Shown here one piece after another: positions 49,895 through 63,222 of a stretch of DNA of 64,000 nucleotides. The stretch spans positions 13,144,001 through 13,208,000 of the forward strand of contig NC_043005.1 in NCBI RefSeq assembly GCF_006345805.1. The letters are read 5' to 3'. The stretch's first letter is position 1; each line of letters starts with the position of its first letter. The translations under genes and the position numbers were made by a program. Source of the DNA: Octopus sinensis. Its lineage: Eukaryota. The notes under the pieces were generated by a model. That model was not told the origin of the DNA. It saw only the letters and a program-made list of their open reading frames with translations, and ran no database searches.

Positions 49895-51451
49895 TCATCA
49901 TCATAATGGTTTTATTGCCTACTTTTCTAGGCTTGTATGGGTTGGATGGAATTTAAGTAAATTTTCCATATCCAGATGCTTTTCCTGTCACCAACCCTTG
50001 TCTTTTCAATTGCCTGGTTGTTTGAGCCTATTGTTTCCTTATATTATTTTGAGAAGCTTTTGGGATTGTGTTTGCTCCTCTAAAGACAATTGCTGATTGT
50101 CTTTCCTCACAGGAGGACTTTGGCATTCTTTGAAAGATAAGTTGTCAGACAGAAAAAAAAAACAACATAGGAAGGCATAAAATAGGTTGAGACGAAATCT
50201 CAGAATGCTGGACTTTAGAGACAGAATGATGGCTGTGACAATGAAATCTGTAGTGATATGCTTTATAACAGACCCGTGTAAATCCTGTCAACACGAACAA
50301 GACATTTAAAGCCTTTAAGCCATATCCTGATGTATTTCAATAATTTTCAAAATATTAAAGGTTTTCGAGTTATACAAGTAGAATAATTTATTTTTTTTCC
50401 ATTTATTGTTATATTAATCTTTTGTTTGGAAGGTAAACCGAAAAGAATATATTTTACTTAAAATTTTGATAGTATATTTATTTAAATTTGAATTTTTTTT
50501 AAATGAGAGAATTTGTGTCCTAAAAACCAAGAGTGGTTGCAGGCATATTGGAATCACAAGGATTCAACAATAAGAAGACATATATAATTGTTGTTGTCGT
50601 TGTTGTGTGTGTGTGTGCGTATGTGTGTGTTTATGTATAATTCAAAATAGATACCTTTCAAAATCTTCGAACACTTAACTACATTTGTGAGAAAAGCCAA
50701 TTATCATGTTGTTTTGTACCTCTAACATCCGAGTTCAAATCACAGCTAGGTCGTCTTCCCTCTTCTTCATTTTGGTGGGTTGATAAAATGAAATACTAGT
50801 CAAGTATTGGAGTCAATGTGATCTATTCTGCCCCTACCCTCAAAACTGTTAGCCTTGTACCTAAATCAGGAACACTTATGAGTGGTGGGTTGGCAGGAAT
50901 GTGGGAGCTTTAGACTAATACCTTTCAGTCTTTAGTTATGGTTCTTTACATTTTGAGTTCAAATCCTACTGAGCTGAATTTTGCCTTTCATTCCTCTGGA
51001 GTCAGCTAGTTTGGGTTACTCCATCCCCTAAATTCCTGCTCTCGTACCCATGACTGACTGGCACTCCATCAGTTATAATGATGAAGCTTTCAGCTGATCC
51101 GATTGACAAAACAAATACTCATACCCTTAACATAGTTCTCAGGAAGATTCAGCATGACACAGAATGTAGCAATGTACAAGTACAACTCATTTTTGCCAGC
51201 TGAGTGGACTGGAGCAATGAGAAATAAAAAGCCTTGCTCAAGAACACAATGTACTACAGGCTATTGACCTCAAAACCTCACAATTGGAGCATTGCAAAAT
51301 ATACCCTGCAATATTTATATGAGCTCTTTGTAAAGCCAACTTTTCCATTCATATTTTTAGATTTGAGGAAATAAGTATTGGTCAAGTACTGGGGTCAATG
51401 AAATTGATCAGCCCCCACCTCCTCAAAATTTCAGCCCTTATAGTAGAAAGG

Positions 51452-51492
<41 letters not shown>

Positions 51493-51866
51493 GGCTGGCC
51501 TCCGTGCTGTGGACACGTAACAAACACCATCCGATCGTGGCCGTTCGCCAGCCTCATCTGGCACCTGTGTCGGTGGTACATAAAAAACACAATCCGAGCG
51601 TGGCCGTTTGCCAGCCTCGTCTGGCACATAAAAACACCATCCGAGCGTGGCCGTTCGCCAGCCTCGTCTGGCACCTGTGTCGGTGGCACATAAAATCACC
51701 CACTACACTCTCGGAGTGGTTGGCGTTAGGAAGGGCATCCAGCTGTAGAAACACTGCCAAATCTGACTGGTCTGGTGCAGCCTTCGGGCTTCCCAGACCC
51801 CAGTTGAACCGTCCAACCCATGCTAGCATGGAAAACGGACATTAAACGATGATGATGATGATGATG
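51493..51866 (+). mobile_element. RTE 3' fragment (C) with 63-bp subrepeats
   Basis: Subrepeats run into CCCACTACACTCTCGGAGTGG..(GAT)n. Confidence 0.82.
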
Positions 51867-52762
51867 AAGGCTGTGAGCTGACAGGCTCTTTACTGTCATC
51901 ATCTTCATCATTTAAGGTCCGCCTTCCATGCTTGTATGGGTTGGATGGTTTGACAGGAGCTGGCCAATTAGAAGACTACGCCAGGCTACAGTGTCTGTTT
52001 TGGCATGGTTTTTATGACCAGATGCCCTTCCTAACACCAACCACCCCGCAAAGTGAACTGAGTGCTACTATGTTGAAGAAAATGCTTTACTCTTTTTTAC
52101 TTGTTTCAGTCATTTGACTGTGGCTATGCTGGAGCACTGCCTTTAGTCAAGCAGATCGATCCCAGGACTTATTCTTTATAAGCCAAATAGTCAATTGTTT
52201 TTCTTTTCCCACAAATTTCTAGCCTTGTGGTTATATCAGCAATCATCACATTTACCTTTCATCTCTCTGGGATCAATAATAAATAATACAGAGTTGATTT
52301 TAATTTTTCACCTCTTCCTCACAAATTTCTGGCCTTGTGCCCATGATAGAAACACTTTTCATATAGTTTCATTATCATCATCATGTTTTTACTTCCACTT
52401 TTCTGTGCTTGCAAGGGTTAGACGGAATTTATTGAGGCAGATTTTTTTTTTAGCCAGACACCTTTCCTCACCTGTTTCCAATTAAATTAATATTTTCCCA
52501 TGACCAGACATCTTTTCACAGAAGATTGGAAACGAAGGACATGGCTTGCAAGATGGTGATTCTTGTTTACAACTGTCATGACTAGGAGACTGTAACACAT
52601 ACACATACAATGGGCTTATTTCAGTTTCTCTCTACCAAATCCATTCAGCCTGGAACCAATATCAGAAGACACTTGCACAAGGTATCATGTGGTGGAACCA
52701 CATTCAAAATCATGTAGTTGGAAAGCAAACATTTTATCATATAACCATGCTATATAATAATT

Positions 52763-53060
52763 GTGGAGGCGCAATGGCCCAATGGTTAGGACAGCGGACT
52801 CGTGGTCAGAGGATCGCGGTTTCGATTCCCAGACCAGGCATTGTGTATGTTTATTGAGCAAAAACACCTAAAAGAACCACAAGGCTCCGGCAGGGGTTGG
52901 TGGCGACCCCTGTTGTACTCTTTCTCTCAATCTCTCTTCCTGTTTCTTGAGTAACGCTGTGATGGACTGGCGTCCCATACAGCTGGGGGGAACACATACA
53001 CCACAGAAACTGTGAAACCGGGCCCATGAGCCTGGCTAGATTTGAAAAGGGCACATAAAG
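52763..53060 (+). mobile_element. SINE family B, tail type 2
   Basis: Colinear with 56117-56431. Confidence 0.85.
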
Positions 53061-54019
53061 AAAAAATAATAATTATTATTAGATCTGTTGTTTCACTATA
53101 AACAATGCCTTTGGATTAATCTGTTCCACATTCCAAGCAATAATGCCAGTTAATAATGTACTGGTCCTTCCTTTACTTAACTACAATTAGTTGTGTATGG
53201 TAAAACTTTTTATTTCTTTGTAACTGAGAGTATAAAGAAACCAACACAAGCAGGTGTGAACCACCTTGACGAACCAGTGATTGAGGAATGAAAGATAGAA
53301 TTCCTCATGTTGAGGCGACAAATGTTTAGCTCCTAAGATCTCATTAACTGTTGATTAAAAACATTTTGATCACTTTAATTAATAGCTTCATCCCCGAGAT
53401 TTCTAATTAAATGTTGCCAGTTAGTACAAACTAAAATCCATTAAGTTCCAGATATCTATTGGAATTCTAAAACTTCCATTCAATTTCCAAACAGCTATTT
53501 GAATTCTTAAATGTCTTAAATGATTTTGTTTTTTGTTTTTTTTTAAAAATATTTTTTCAATTTGTGTTTTTGCTGATTAATTACAAAGTTAATTTACTGT
53601 AAGAATATTTTAAAATATTTTCTTCATTTTCTACCTAAGCCTTGGCTCATTATCTTTAGAGTTGGTTGTGATGTGGATGTCTTCACACATGTAGAACCAT
53701 GTGTTGTTCAGAAGTCCACTTCACAGCTCCATCCAAATGTGTGACATCTTGGGCAAGACTCTTCACTGTTGACTTAGGTTGACCATTTTTCCGCAAGTGA
53801 AATTTAGTGGATAAGAAATTGTGTGGAAACCTTGTTGGCAATGTTACTTCTTTCTACCATTTATATTATTCTCTCTGTGTGTATACATATGATAAACTGC
53901 CTTTAGCCACTTGTTGTTATGCGGCTATTACATCCTCGCATTTATTTGCAGTTGAAGTTTTTGAGGCTGTCATCCTTGAGCATTACTTTACCTTATCATA
54001 TGTGATGTTACTTGAATTT

Positions 54020-54050
<31 letters not shown>

Positions 54051-54068
54051 ATATATATGTATATATAT

Positions 54069-54460
54069 AGGAGTGGCTGTGTGGTAAGTAGTTTGCTTAC
54101 CAACCACATAGTTTCGGGTTCAGTCCCACTGTGTGGCATCTTGGGCAAGTGCTTTCTGCTATAGCCTCGGGCCGACCAAAGCCTTGTGAGTGGATTTGGT
54201 AGACGGAAACTGAAAGAAGCCCATCGTATATATGTATATATATATTTGTGTGTGTGTTTGTGTGTCTGTGTTTGTCTCCCTAGCATTGCTTGACAACCGA
54301 TGCTGGTGTGTTTATGTCCCCGTTACTTAGCGGTTCGGCAAAAGAGATCGATAGAATAAGTACTGGGCTTACAAAAGAATAAGTCCCGGGGTCGAGTTGC
54401 TCGATTAAAGGCGGTGCTCAAGCATGGCCACAGTCAAATGACTGAAACGAGTAAAAGAGT
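54069..54460 (+). mobile_element. SINE family A, full length
   Basis: Complete head and tail. Confidence 0.9.
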
Positions 54461-54737
54461 ATATGTATATATATAACAATTTAATAAATAAAACATATGC
54501 ATACATACACACATACATATATGTACATACCTACATCTATATGTATATATACATGCATATATGAGTACAGGACACCACAAATAAACGTAGAACACAATGA
54601 GAAACGAAAACATAAAATCAAACAAGAAAACGGACTTTTTTTAACAAAGAAAAAAACAGAGTACAAGACAAACAATACAAGGAAAATTCCCCTTCTTCAG
54701 CCGCCCCTGTTTCGACTCAATGTGTGTTTCGAAGGTA

Positions 54738-54778
<41 letters not shown>

Positions 54779-54837
54779 AAGTATAAAAGCCATCTCAATA
54801 TGGCTAACCAGTACACATATATATATTCATATATTCT

Positions 54838-55054
54838 GGACCCCCTTCGGTCATGACTGACCATAGGATTGCACCTAGAAAGTTACCCTCCCAGGCACAA
54901 GTCCTGGTAAGGTTGTGTTATGGAAGACCAGCAGTCGCCCATGCATACCAGCCTCCTCTCTCCATGCCACCAGTGTTATCCAAGGGAAAGGCAACAGCAA
55001 ATACAGCTTGGCACCCATGACGTCACAACTCATTTCTACAGCTGAGTGAACTGG
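54838..55054 (-). mobile_element. SINE family L, 3' part
   Basis: Colinear with 1121-1340. Confidence 0.75.
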
Positions 55055-55080
55055 ATATATATATATATATGTGTGTGTGT

Positions 55081-55366
55081 GTGGAGGCGCAATGGCCTAG
55101 TGGTTAGGGCAGCAGACTCGTGGTCGTAGGATCGCGGTTTCGATCCCCAGACCGGGTGTTGTGAGTGTTTATTGAGCGAAAACACCTAAAAGCTCTACGA
55201 AGCTCCGGCAGGGGTTGGTGATCCCTGCTGTACTCTTTCACCACTCTTTCTTCTGTTGGCCTGCTTGCTTAGCCAGCGGGGTGGCGTCATTCGAAGGCTA
55301 AAACAATGCGAACGCATTGTGACCAGCGATGTGTAGCAACATCTGAAGGTCTGGTCGGTCACGTGA
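55081..55366 (+). mobile_element. SINE family B, tail type 1
   Basis: Colinear with 2053-2346. Confidence 0.88.
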
Positions 55367-56116
55367 TATATATATATATAATACCACTGCTTGACATTTT
55401 GACATCGTGTGGTCTGAGTTCCCTGCTGACAGGCTGCTGGTATGTTTTATCATTGCTGGTTAAGCCTTCTAAGGTGGATGGTTTAAAACGTGATTGATGT
55501 CTCTTTGGTGTAGTAGCTTGTGTAGCTATATAGTTCACAGCAGATATGTTGCATTTGCTTGTTGTAGATAATATTACAACTTTTTCTGTTATATGTGCAC
55601 ACGTGCGCATTTTAAAAATATTTGATATGGTCTTTAGCCTTTATCATTCAGATTACTCTGCCAAAATGCCTATTTATTTACATTGTTTTCAAATAATCAT
55701 GTGTTATCTTGCAGCTCTGAGATTTCTGTAATGTGATTGTTTATTCTTAGAATGACCTAGAAAGGTGGGTCTGAGAGGCCGGGTCTGGCTTGTTTCAACA
55801 TAAAACTGGTAGAATATTTAGGCCAGATATGGCCAGTTTAAATGCTAAAGGTTCAAAGACTGGTTGTTTTTCATATCACCAACCACTTTGCAATGTGGAT
55901 TGCATATATTTTACTGTACCTAATACTGTCTTCAGTAGTGTATTGTTAAAACAGAAGAAGGGTTGCTGGTAACTTTACTCCAGAAAAAATATGGTACCTG
56001 TTCTCTGTAGATTTGAACTCAAATATCTTGAGTTGCCTGTTCATCTTCTTCATTGACCATTTCACTTCTCTTTCTACAGGAAACTCCATGAAATTTGTTG
56101 TTGTAGTATCAATTAA

Positions 56117-56431
56117 GTGGAGGCACAATGGCCCAGTGGTTAGGGTAGCGGACTCGCGGTCGGAGGATCGCAGTTTCGATTCCCAGACTGGGCGTTTTGT
56201 GTGTTTATTGAGCTAAAACACCTAAAGCTCCACAAGGCTCCAGCAGGGTGTGCTGGCGACCCCTGTTGTACTATTTCGCCCCAACTTTCTCTCACTCTCT
56301 CTTCCTGTTTCTTGAGTAACGCTGCGATGGACTGGCATCCTGTCCAGCTGGGGGGAAACACATATGCCACAGAAACCGGGAAACCGGGCCCATGAGCCTG
56401 GCTAGGCTTGAAAGGGCGCAAAGAAAAAGAA
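56117..56431 (+). mobile_element. SINE family B, tail type 2, about 100 bp upstream of the splice acceptor
   Basis: 12-bp TSD AGTATCAMTTAA (56105-56116, 56432-56443). Confidence 0.88.
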
Positions 56432-56469
56432 AGTATCACTTAAGAGAAAATTCCATTTATATTGTTTTA

Positions 56470-56532
56470 TTGTATTATTTCCTTATATTATTTTATTGAA
56501 GATTTTAACAATATTCTGTTTTTATTTTGCAG
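56470..56532 (+). promoter_or_regulatory. 3' splice site (U-rich tract + CAG) of the IRF2BP terminal exon
   Basis: ...aatattctgttttttattttgcag|gtgctgaatat; recognisable IRF2BP homology starts right after the AG. Confidence 0.85.
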
Positions 56533-57614
56533 GTGCTGAATATGAATTGAAGATTTACATTGAATATCCTTCTGGTTCCAATAATGTCTACAACAGTGCT
56601 TCAGGTGTTGCCAAACAGATGTACCAAGATTGTATGAAAGATTTTGGCAAGGGCTTGTCATCAGGTTTCAAATATCTCGAATATGAAATGAAACATGCTT
56701 CAGGAGATTGGCGTCTGCTGGGAGAACTCTTACCTGAATCCGTTCGATTTTTCAAAGAACAAATCAAGAGAGAAACGCTTCCAACGCCGCACATTGACAC
56801 CAGTCTGCCACCTTTGCCAACTTACGCAGCTCGTGGACTTCCTCCTCCAATAAAGCAGTGCATATCCATGCCGACGCAGCGCATGTATTCGGATAACCAA
56901 ATACGCAAACGTAAGTGCAGCCCTGAACCCGACAGTGATATTGGTGGTAAATTAACAGATGAACAGCATAAACGTCAACAGTGGATGCAGAACCAGGCTG
57001 AGGCCCTGAAACTAACTATTGCAACTGCTGGCTACGGGTCAGGCCCGCCAAGTTCTACGTCTGTGTCACCAATGAGCAGCAATTTAACACCTACACCTCC
57101 TGACGGCAACTCAAATGCCTGCCAAGGGGGTCCGTCTCCAATGGCTGCACTAATGAACGTTACTGATAACTTGACCCCTGCATCTCCGAGCCGGGGAGAG
57201 AACATTCAGACACGTTCCCACGGTTTGCGTCACAGTGCCCATTCCCCAAACAGTAATCTACAGAAGAACCGGCCAAATCAGGCAGCACCAGTGTCAGACA
57301 GTGGTGTTGGCAGCACAATGCCAGAATCTACTGTACCAAGCACAGAATCCCTCAAATGCACTATATGTAACCAACGTCTTGAAGATACGCATTTTGTTCA
57401 GTGTCCGTCTGTATCGGAGCACAAATTCTGTTTCCCTTGCTCTAGAAACAGTATTAAGGAGCAAGGAGCAGGTTCCGAGGTTTATTGTCCCAGTAAAAAT
57501 AAATGTCCATTGGTTGGATCCAATGTCCCTTGGGCTTTCATGCAGAATGAAATTGCCACAATTTTAGGGGAAGAATACAAGGAACTAAAAATTAAAAAAG
57601 AGAGGGACACGTAA
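56533..57614 (+). CDS. IRF2BPL: Terminal coding exon of an IRF2BP-family (IRF2BPL/EAP1-like; Drosophila Pits-like) transcriptional co-repressor / RING E3 ligase
   Basis: The translation contains [68 protein letters not shown] (IRF2BPL central block), [10 protein letters not shown] (NLS-like), SPMAALM and the C3HC4 [32 protein letters not shown]...YCPSKNKC. Stop TAA ends at 57614. The 5' boundary is set by the AG acceptor at 56531-56532 (phase 1). The symbol indicates the closest vertebrate paralogue and may be a co-orthologue of IRF2BP1/2/L. Confidence 0.95.
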
Positions 57615-58390
57615 TGGCTGAGAGAGGACGGAGAAAAAGAAACAGCGAAAATCTTTAAAAAAAAACAAAAAAAAAATTTTAAAAAGAAAAAAATTTTAAA
57701 AAGCAGGAAAGCAAAGAAATAACAACACGATAATAATAATAATAATCATAATAATAATGATAATAAAAACAACAAAAAATAATAACAACAACAAAATAAA
57801 CCAAACCACTGTGACATATTTAAATAGTTTTAAGTTGAAACATTAATGAAAAGAAATGTCAAACTGTTTTTAAAAGTGTAGATTTCATAGGATGCTTCTT
57901 ACTTACGACTTGTTGCCAACACTTGCTTTTGACTCCCATCTACCAGAGAATAAATAATAAAACAGACCTGAAAAATATCAATGAATGGAGAAATTCTGCT
58001 CATTTTTAAAAGTTGGCACATTTTTTTCACCTCATCCTTTCACCCGCAAATGCCCACTCCTCCATACCCCCCCCCCCTTCACCTCCACTTACCATTACTC
58101 TCAATAACCTTAACGTTTTGTTCATATTTGTTCCAATTTATATCTTTCTTTTGTATTTCTGTTTATTTTTTTTTTTGTTTACGTTTTTTTGGGCACTACT
58201 ACTATTACTACTGCTACTACTTCATAATAAAACATACGCAGTCATCTTCCCCCCTCCCCCTCTTCTCTATCATTGTCATTTCTCTAGCATCAAACAGCAT
58301 CATTTCTCCAGCTGTCTCCAGCAAATGCTGAATTACAAGGATGTTGTTGTTGTTGTTTATATTTCCAGTCACTTATTTACTGTATTTCTA

Positions 58391-58754
58391 AGAAGTTATC
58401 TTCTACTGCTAGTTGGGGGGGAGAAACAATTATCTTATACTACAAGACATTGGCTATCTTCTACTGCTACAAGGCTGCTGTAAGTTTTATTTTTCTTCCT
58501 TTCTTTCTGTGATGGAGCAGCTGTTATCTTCTGCGTCAGAGCAGAAGTAACCTTCTATTGCTATGGGGCAGCATTTATCTTGTACAATGGCTGCAGAGCA
58601 CACCTTTTGCTGTTAAGGAACAGCAGTTACATTTCACTGCTCCAGGACAGCAGATGGGTTCTTCTTCAAGTTGGAGCAACAGTTACTTTCTACAGCTGTG
58701 AGGCATCAGTTATATTCCACTGCTAAGAGGCAGCAGTTATCTTCTGCTAGTAAG
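58391..58754 (+). repeat. Degenerate ~27-30-bp tandem repeat (about 12 units) in the putative 3' UTR
   Basis: Consensus approximately GGCAGCAGTTATCTTCTACTGCTAAG. Confidence 0.65.
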
Positions 58755-59445
58755 GGAGAGAGAGAGAAATATGTAACATATGCAATTTTAATATATATTA
58801 ATGAAATAAAAAAGAGAAAGAAGGGAAGCAATTTTTACTGAAAAAGTACCCAAATAAAACAGCAACAACAACAAATACAAAACTATTATCTCTAAGTTTA
58901 TTGCAAGACATGTAAAATCCAAAGAAATGGAACATTGATAAACACAACGTCAATAATAATCTATAAATATATGTGTATGTGTGTCTGTGAGACGTATGTA
59001 TGAATGTATGTTCAAAACCAGGTATTACAGACCACTGAAAGTGGTATCTTTTCCTTTTGGTATATCTCACGCAGTCATATATATATATATATACACACAC
59101 ACAAGATTGTGTGTGTTCATATATGTATTTTATTTGTGTGTGTGTATTTCTCCAGGGATCTGAACTTGTAAATGATGTAAATTTCTACTATTCGTGATAT
59201 CCTATAATGTAGAAAGGATGTATCATCAGTTTACTGTGATACCCCCAAGTATCCAACAGATATTTCTCTCCTCCTTGCAAATTTATAGTTAAACATACAA
59301 ACACACATACATACATAATAAATATATATATATATATATATATATCTGAAAATTAATATGTTACCATTATTCAGTAGCCAAGATAAAACTCTGAGTTTCA
59401 GATGCTGAAGTGGAAATCCACGACACCATTTCTTCGGTTATCTGG

Positions 59446-59495
<50 letters not shown>

Positions 59496-59613
59496 CATAG
59501 AGGGTATATAAATAAATATTTTCAAAGTGGAAAAATTACAGATTTTTTCTTACGAGGTTTTTCACGCTAACTACTGATAATTTCTTATAAAGATTTTATC
59601 CTTAATTTTAAAT

Positions 59614-59660
<47 letters not shown>

Positions 59661-60090
59661 TTATTTGCATATATATGCACATCCATAAACCAGTAATATC
59701 CTTGGTTTTTTAATAGGAAAATTATTTGTATGGGTAATGAAAATAACAGCTGATAACAGAAAGGCAAAATGCAAAGAAAAACTGACCCTTTCTCTTTGAC
59801 TCCCTTCCTCTCTCTCTCTCTCACACACAAACTCCCTCTCTCTCTCTCTCTCTCTTTTTGTTTTGTAATACAACAAATTAACAACAAAGTGATGCATTTT
59901 GGAAAACTCTGTACTGACAATGTCCAAGAAATCGTTCCATGACCAGAACATTCTCTGTGACCTGGGCTTTTTTTTTTTTTTTTTCTTCTTATGGTAGAGT
60001 TCTTTCTCTCCAGAAGAATTACCTTGATATTACAACTTGCTGAAGCATCTCTTGCAAGTAAGACTTCTTCAATGGACCAGAGATGGAATT

Positions 60091-60140
60091 GGGGGGGGGG
60101 GGCTGGGCTGGGCTGGGCTGGGGGGGGTATCGGGGAGGGG
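60091..60140 (+). other. G-quadruplex-forming motif
   Basis: G12-CT-GGG-CT-GGG-CT-GGG-CT-G8-TATC-GGGG-A-GGGG. Confidence 0.65.
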
Positions 60141-60637
60141 TTACATTCTGCTTGATATAACACCTGAATGAGGACACCCCCCCCCCCCGTCTTAATTCAC
60201 CTACGTGATTGTTCAATTAAGTGCTTGTTGCTCTCCTTTCATCTGCTGTTTGTATTCTTTTTTGTTGTTTTTTTTTTGTTTTGTATATATATATCATGGT
60301 TATTATTATGATTGTTATTTTTTTTTTTTCTTTTCAAACTGATATTTTTTCTCTGTCTCTACATCTATCTCTCTGTCTATTCCTTATCTTTTTATCTATT
60401 GCTAACATTCTGTCTCCTCCTGTCTGTTTGTCTGTCTATCTGATTGTCTTTAGTATGTGTTTGTCTGTCTGTCTGTCTGTGGTATATTTTTTTATCTCTC
60501 TCTATCTTTCTGTTCATCTTTCTATTTCTTTTTTTTTATTTCTCTCTCTTTCTCTTTATCTCTCTATACCAATCTATTTGTCAGTTTATCTATTTCTCTG
60601 TCTGTTCATCTACTGTCTTTCTGTGTGAGTGTGTATG

Positions 60638-60684
<47 letters not shown>

Positions 60685-60952
60685 GCCTCTCTCTCTCTCT
60701 CTCTCTCTCTCATGTATCTAAATGAACATTTTTTTGAGAAGACAAAAAAGAAAATATGAAATCACTGAACTCTTTCTTGTAAAAAAACTTGGCATCATTC
60801 AATGATACAACATCATTCATTTCTCATTCAATTCTGCTGATTACTTTATAATTATAATCTTCAACATTTTGACTAAAAGCTCCCCCATTAGATACGAGGG
60901 CAAAGGACATCTGTTTCATCTGCTGTTCTTCATTTCCCTTCTTTCCTTGTGC

Positions 60953-60985
<33 letters not shown>

Positions 60986-62464
60986 CATTATCATTAATAT
61001 CATCTTTGTATTGTTTCTCTTTTTTTCCCAAGATATCATTGAAGATAATGCATTCTAGCAAAGATATTAACAAACAAAAAATCAAAATATGATACATGGA
61101 ACTAAAACATTCAAGCAACAAACCAGGATTTTTTTTTTCTTATGTTTCTGGAATGACTTCATATAAAAATCACTGAACTGGGTTCTACATTTCTTTCTTC
61201 TTTTTTTTTCTTAAATTCCGAAAAAAAAAATTTGTTTGATGATATCGCATGAAAGAGTGAGAATATATTATAGGAAATTAATATTATGGAATATCGATTA
61301 TGAAGGATATCATAAATTACATAATTACATACTAGAAGTGTTAAAAAAAAGAAAAAGAAATTTTTAGAAGCTATTTATTTTTTTTTTTTAATTTTTTTTT
61401 TTTTTTGTGATGTTGTGGAATTATTCTAATTTTACTTCTGAAGTAATTATTAGATTTTAAACAACAACAAATTTTCAAAAAAGGGCAAATAAAGAAAGAA
61501 AAAAAAAGTGGAATTGAAGAATTTTTCTAGAATAAATGCTAAACTCAACTCTTGGTGTTAAGCTCTGTCTGTCTGTCTGTCTCTCTCTCTTTCTCTCACT
61601 CTCATTCTCCAGAAATGGTTCAGTAAAACCCAGTTGGCAGTGTTAAGTTCAAAGAAAATCTTGGTAGATAGCATATAAGCCCCCGGTGTATTATTTTTCT
61701 CTTCTTTTCTATATTTTTTTCATATCTTTCAAATGGATCTCTTTCATAGTAAGGCTCCAGATTATTATTATTATTATTTTTTATTAAAATCATTGTCTCT
61801 CTCTCTCTCGCTCTCTCTCTCATCTTTTCATTCTCTTCATTCTATTTTTCTTTATTCTTCTCTGCAGCAAATCTTTGCCTGTTATTTTTCATTTTCTGAT
61901 TATTTTTTTTCATAATTTTATTTTGTTTATTATTAATCTATGTATATCACCTGACATAGTTTCTTTCACAGACAAATATTGAGATAAAAATAACAAATCT
62001 TACTACTTGGATTATTATTTTTATTTTATGCCTTCTTTTGTTCAGTTTTTTTTTTTGGGGGGGGGGGGGCAAGTGAGAGTGGGTTGTGGTTAGCTGTTTT
62101 GAAATGGAAAGCAAAGAGGTAATTATACTTAAGAAAAAATAAAATTAAATGAAAAAGATAGCTTTAACTATAATATAATATTAAAAGGCAAAAAGAAAAA
62201 TATATTTTAACACAGCAAATCATTCAGAGCTGTTACTCTTTTACTTGTTTCAGTCATTTGACTGTGGCCATGCTGGAGTTCTGCCTTTAGTCGAGCAAAT
62301 CGACCCCAGGACTTATTCTTTGTAAGCCTAGTACTTATTCTATTGGTCTCTTTTGCCGAACTGCTAAATTACGGGTACGTAAACACACCAGCATCGGTTG
62401 TCAAGTGATGTTGGGGGAGACAAACATACACACACAGTCACACACACACACACACACACATATA

Positions 62465-63051
62465 CACTGGCGAAAATAAATCTAAAACCAATGATAAAAG
62501 TTCTATTTCTTACAAAATATTTTGTTACTAACACCATGCAAATTATTTTTATCTGTTACACCTTATGCAGAATTTATTTGTCTTTCGAATTATGCATACA
62601 ATAACTATTTTTATACAACTTGAAGAATTCAGATGCTAAATTAATATAAACATTTCAAATTTACTGGCAAAATTAGTTTAAGAACGTATAAAGCTTAAGA
62701 TTGTAGCAAAAATGAGCAACAAGAATGAAATAAATATTGGTACTTTGTGCCGTAGCCTTTATTCTTAATAACGACTGAATAACGTCTCAGCATTGAATTT
62801 GCTAAGTGATTACAAAATTCTATGTGAATGTTTTGCCATAATTCATTGATATAATTGAATAATTGTTTTAGATTGGATGGTTTTTTAGCATGGACTTTTT
62901 GGGAAACATAATTCCACAAGTTCTTGATCAGATTCTAGATAAATCCTGCATAAGGTGTAAAAGATAAAAATAATTTGTATGGTGTTAGTAACAAAATATT
63001 TTGTAAGAAATAGAACTTTTATCATCGGTCTTAAATTTATTTTCACCAGTG
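62465..63051 (-). mobile_element. Tc1-family internal-deletion derivative with ~113-bp TIRs and a transposase C-terminal remnant
   Basis: TA|CACTGGCGAAAAT ... ATTTTCACCAGTG|TA; TIRs 62465-62577 and 62939-63051. Minus-strand translation ..NLWNYV..LWQNI..LANSMLRRYSVVIKNKGYGTKY matches the Tc1 C-terminus (SMPRR..AVI..KG..TKY). Confidence 0.88.
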
Positions 63052-63222
63052 TACATATATATATATACGACAGGCTTCTTTCAGTTTCTGTCTACCAAAT
63101 CCACTCACAAGGCTTTGGTCGGCCCAAAGCTATAGTAGAAGACACTTGCCCAAGGTGCCACGCAGTGGTACTGAACCCGGAACCATGTGGTTGGTAAGCA
63201 AGCTACTTACCACAGACTTTCT

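Larger units (their letters stand above)
57615..62230 (+). other. Putative long 3' UTR / SINE-free downstream region
   Basis: Follows the stop codon. A/U-rich homopolymers; AATAAA at 57949, 58805 and 59511. None of the A/B/C/D/L repeats occur until about 62235. The true transcript end is unknown. Confidence 0.45.

Noticed and set aside
56496-56532. TTG-initiated N-terminal extension of the 372-aa ORF ([12 protein letters not shown])
   Set aside because: It is the intronic U-rich tract upstream of the AG acceptor; homology starts at GAEYELK.
56588-57567. Antisense and alternative-frame ORFs overlapping the IRF2BP exon
   Set aside because: Short shadow ORFs of a real coding exon with no independent support.
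59657-60759. ORFs in the downstream region
   Set aside because: Low-complexity translations of homopolymers and microsatellites with no domain signal.
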